Source: a virus
Lineage: Duplodnaviria; Caudoviricetes
Strand: one strand, 5' to 3'
Length of the DNA stretch: 53,773 nucleotides
Virus record (IMG/VR): IMGVR_UViG_3300020596_000028
Coordinates: 1 to 53,773 of that record
The notes under the pieces are model-generated. The model had not been told where the DNA came from. It did no database searches and saw only the letters and a list, made by a program, of their open reading frames with translations. A program made the translations under genes and the position numbers. This document shows, piece after piece, positions 52,717 to 53,773 of the stretch. Numbering within the stretch: position 1 is the first letter of the stretch; each line of letters begins with the position of its first letter.

Positions 52717-53639
52717 GTCTCGCTCCGGTTCTTCACTGAGCGAGCCATCTCGATGAGTAGGTCTCGGAACTCTTCTGGCGTTAAGAGCCTCTGGCGATGG
52801 GAGAGCCTCTGGCGAATACCTGTCCCGATTGCTCGTCGCCTCTCCTCTGCCGAATGGTATCCAAGGTCCAACCGCATCTTATTCTTCGCTGGCCCCCAGA
52901 TGAGCTCTGGGTATTCAATCCCCACCGCATAGAGCCAGGTCATCTTTCGAGCTGGATGACCGTAGTGACCCTGAGAAACACAGCATGAGCGCCCATCGAA
53001 GATGTCGGGCTCCGACCAGCCGCCCTTCCATGCCGGAAGGGGAAGCCCAAACTTCTTGAATGCATGTGACGCCTCCGGGTGTTCAAGCACTCCGCCGTAA
53101 GTCCGAACTGACTTCAGCGCTGATTCAAAGCAGCCATTATCGTCACCAAGTACTCGCCTCACTACCGCTGAAGGACCTCCAGACCAGTACCTGCCCCACC
53201 TCTGGCAGGGAGAGTGCGCGACAACCGGGTGTGGACCGGCGTACTTGCGAGCGTCCCTTTCTTCCGGCCAGGCGTCCACGTTCGGCAGGTTAGAGTAAGG
53301 TCCGTCTTTGACAACGAACAATGCGGCTATCACGTCTCCCTCGGTGCCGACGTCCTTTGTGGCTTGTTGTAAATTCCCTTTGCCTCGAAGCTCTTCCATC
53401 AGCGTGTACCAAGTATTACTTAGCTTATCCTGCATCGATTCGACCGAGACCAGCCCCCTGTGCGCAATTATTCTTGGGTCTAAGTTGAGATGGTTAAACT
53501 GGTCCACCCTTTCTTTTGTCGGGTGATCATAGTTTTTGTGCCAGTTCTCATCAGCATCAAAAACAGAGATTACTTTTTTGACTTCAACGAGTAAATCCTC
53601 GCATTCCCTGACAACCTTAAGAATTTCTACTGTAGTCAT
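52713..53639 (-). CDS. C5 cytosine methyltransferase-like protein with N-terminal extension (possible internal GTG start at 53333)
   Basis: VAHSPC (motif IV PC), VLEHP (motif VI-like) and Q..YGH..RK.TWL (motif VIII-like); motif I degenerate (AALFV). Confidence 0.6.
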   Translation of the reverse strand: MTTVEILKVVRECEDLLVEVKKVISVFDADENWHKNYDHPTKERVDQFNHLNLDPRIIAHRGLVSVESMQDKLSNTWYTLMEELRGKGNLQQATKDVGTEGDVIAALFVVKDGPYSNLPNVDAWPEERDARKYAGPHPVVAHSPCQRWGRYWSGGPSAVVRRVLGDDNGCFESALKSVRTYGGVLEHPEASHAFKKFGLPLPAWKGGWSEPDIFDGRSCCVSQGHYGHPARKMTWLYAVGIEYPELIWGPAKNKMRLDLGYHSAEERRRAIGTGIRQRLSHRQRLLTPEEFRDLLIEMARSVKNRSET

Positions 53640-53651
53640 TTGCTTTCTCCT

Positions 53652-53731
53652 TTCCCCAGAAGGCATGCCTGGTTCATTTTTGCTCCATAGGCAGTATGAT
53701 TTGCCTGTTAAGAATTCCAGCTCCTGCTCCC
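53652..53731. repeat. 80-bp direct repeat, copy B
   Basis: Matches 52501..52580 with one mismatch. Confidence 0.95.
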
Positions 53732-53773
53732 GCTCCTAGTCCCGCTCCCGCTCCCGCTCCTAGTCCCACTTCC
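53708..53773 (-). CDS. 3' end of another Ser/Gly/Arg-repeat mini-gene (partial)
   Basis: GSGTRSGSGSGTRSGSRSWNS*. Confidence 0.55.
   Translation of the reverse strand, partial: GSGTRSGSGSGTRSGSRSWNS

Noticed and set aside
52285-53773. CRISPR array or DGR template/variable repeat pair
   Set aside because: There is no regular repeat-spacer periodicity and no cas or reverse transcriptase gene in the window. The two 80-bp copies differ at only one base.
1-53773. Specific host assignment
   Set aside because: Lipoproteins and the SSB style suggest a diderm host, but nothing in the sequence fixes the taxon without searches.

Overview
About 54 kb of a tailed dsDNA phage (or prophage) genome, incomplete at both ends; no integrase, polymerase or helicase lies in the window. 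The left ~4.3 kb (+ strand) is a recombination/replication module: the tail of a RecE-like exonuclease, an annealing-type protein, SSB and a metallophosphoesterase. Almost everything else is on the - strand. Read right to left it contains accessory genes and repeats, a TerS-like gene, a portal-gpF fusion, HK97-type prohead protease and major capsid protein, a paralogous head-decoration cluster with an intact patatin phospholipase, neck genes, the tail tube, G/GT chaperones with a -1 slippery site, a tape measure protein, tail-tip/fibre genes, a CHAP endolysin, two sigma-70-like factors, a RuvC-like resolvase and a displaced large terminase. No sheath gene is visible, so the virion is probably siphovirus-like. 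The most striking feature is one ~95-100 aa insertion domain found in five different virion proteins (7 copies), nested three-deep inside itself in one of them. Other notable features are an 80-bp direct repeat built from Ser/Gly/Arg/Trp-repeat mini-gene junctions that brackets a gene cassette, a ~190-nt tRNA-like structured RNA with a sarcin-ricin-like motif next to an Acb2/Tad1-like gene, an intergenic parS-like palindrome, a recurring late-promoter motif, and a dispersed enzyme/pseudo-enzyme paralog pair. All family assignments come from motif recognition by eye; no searches were run.
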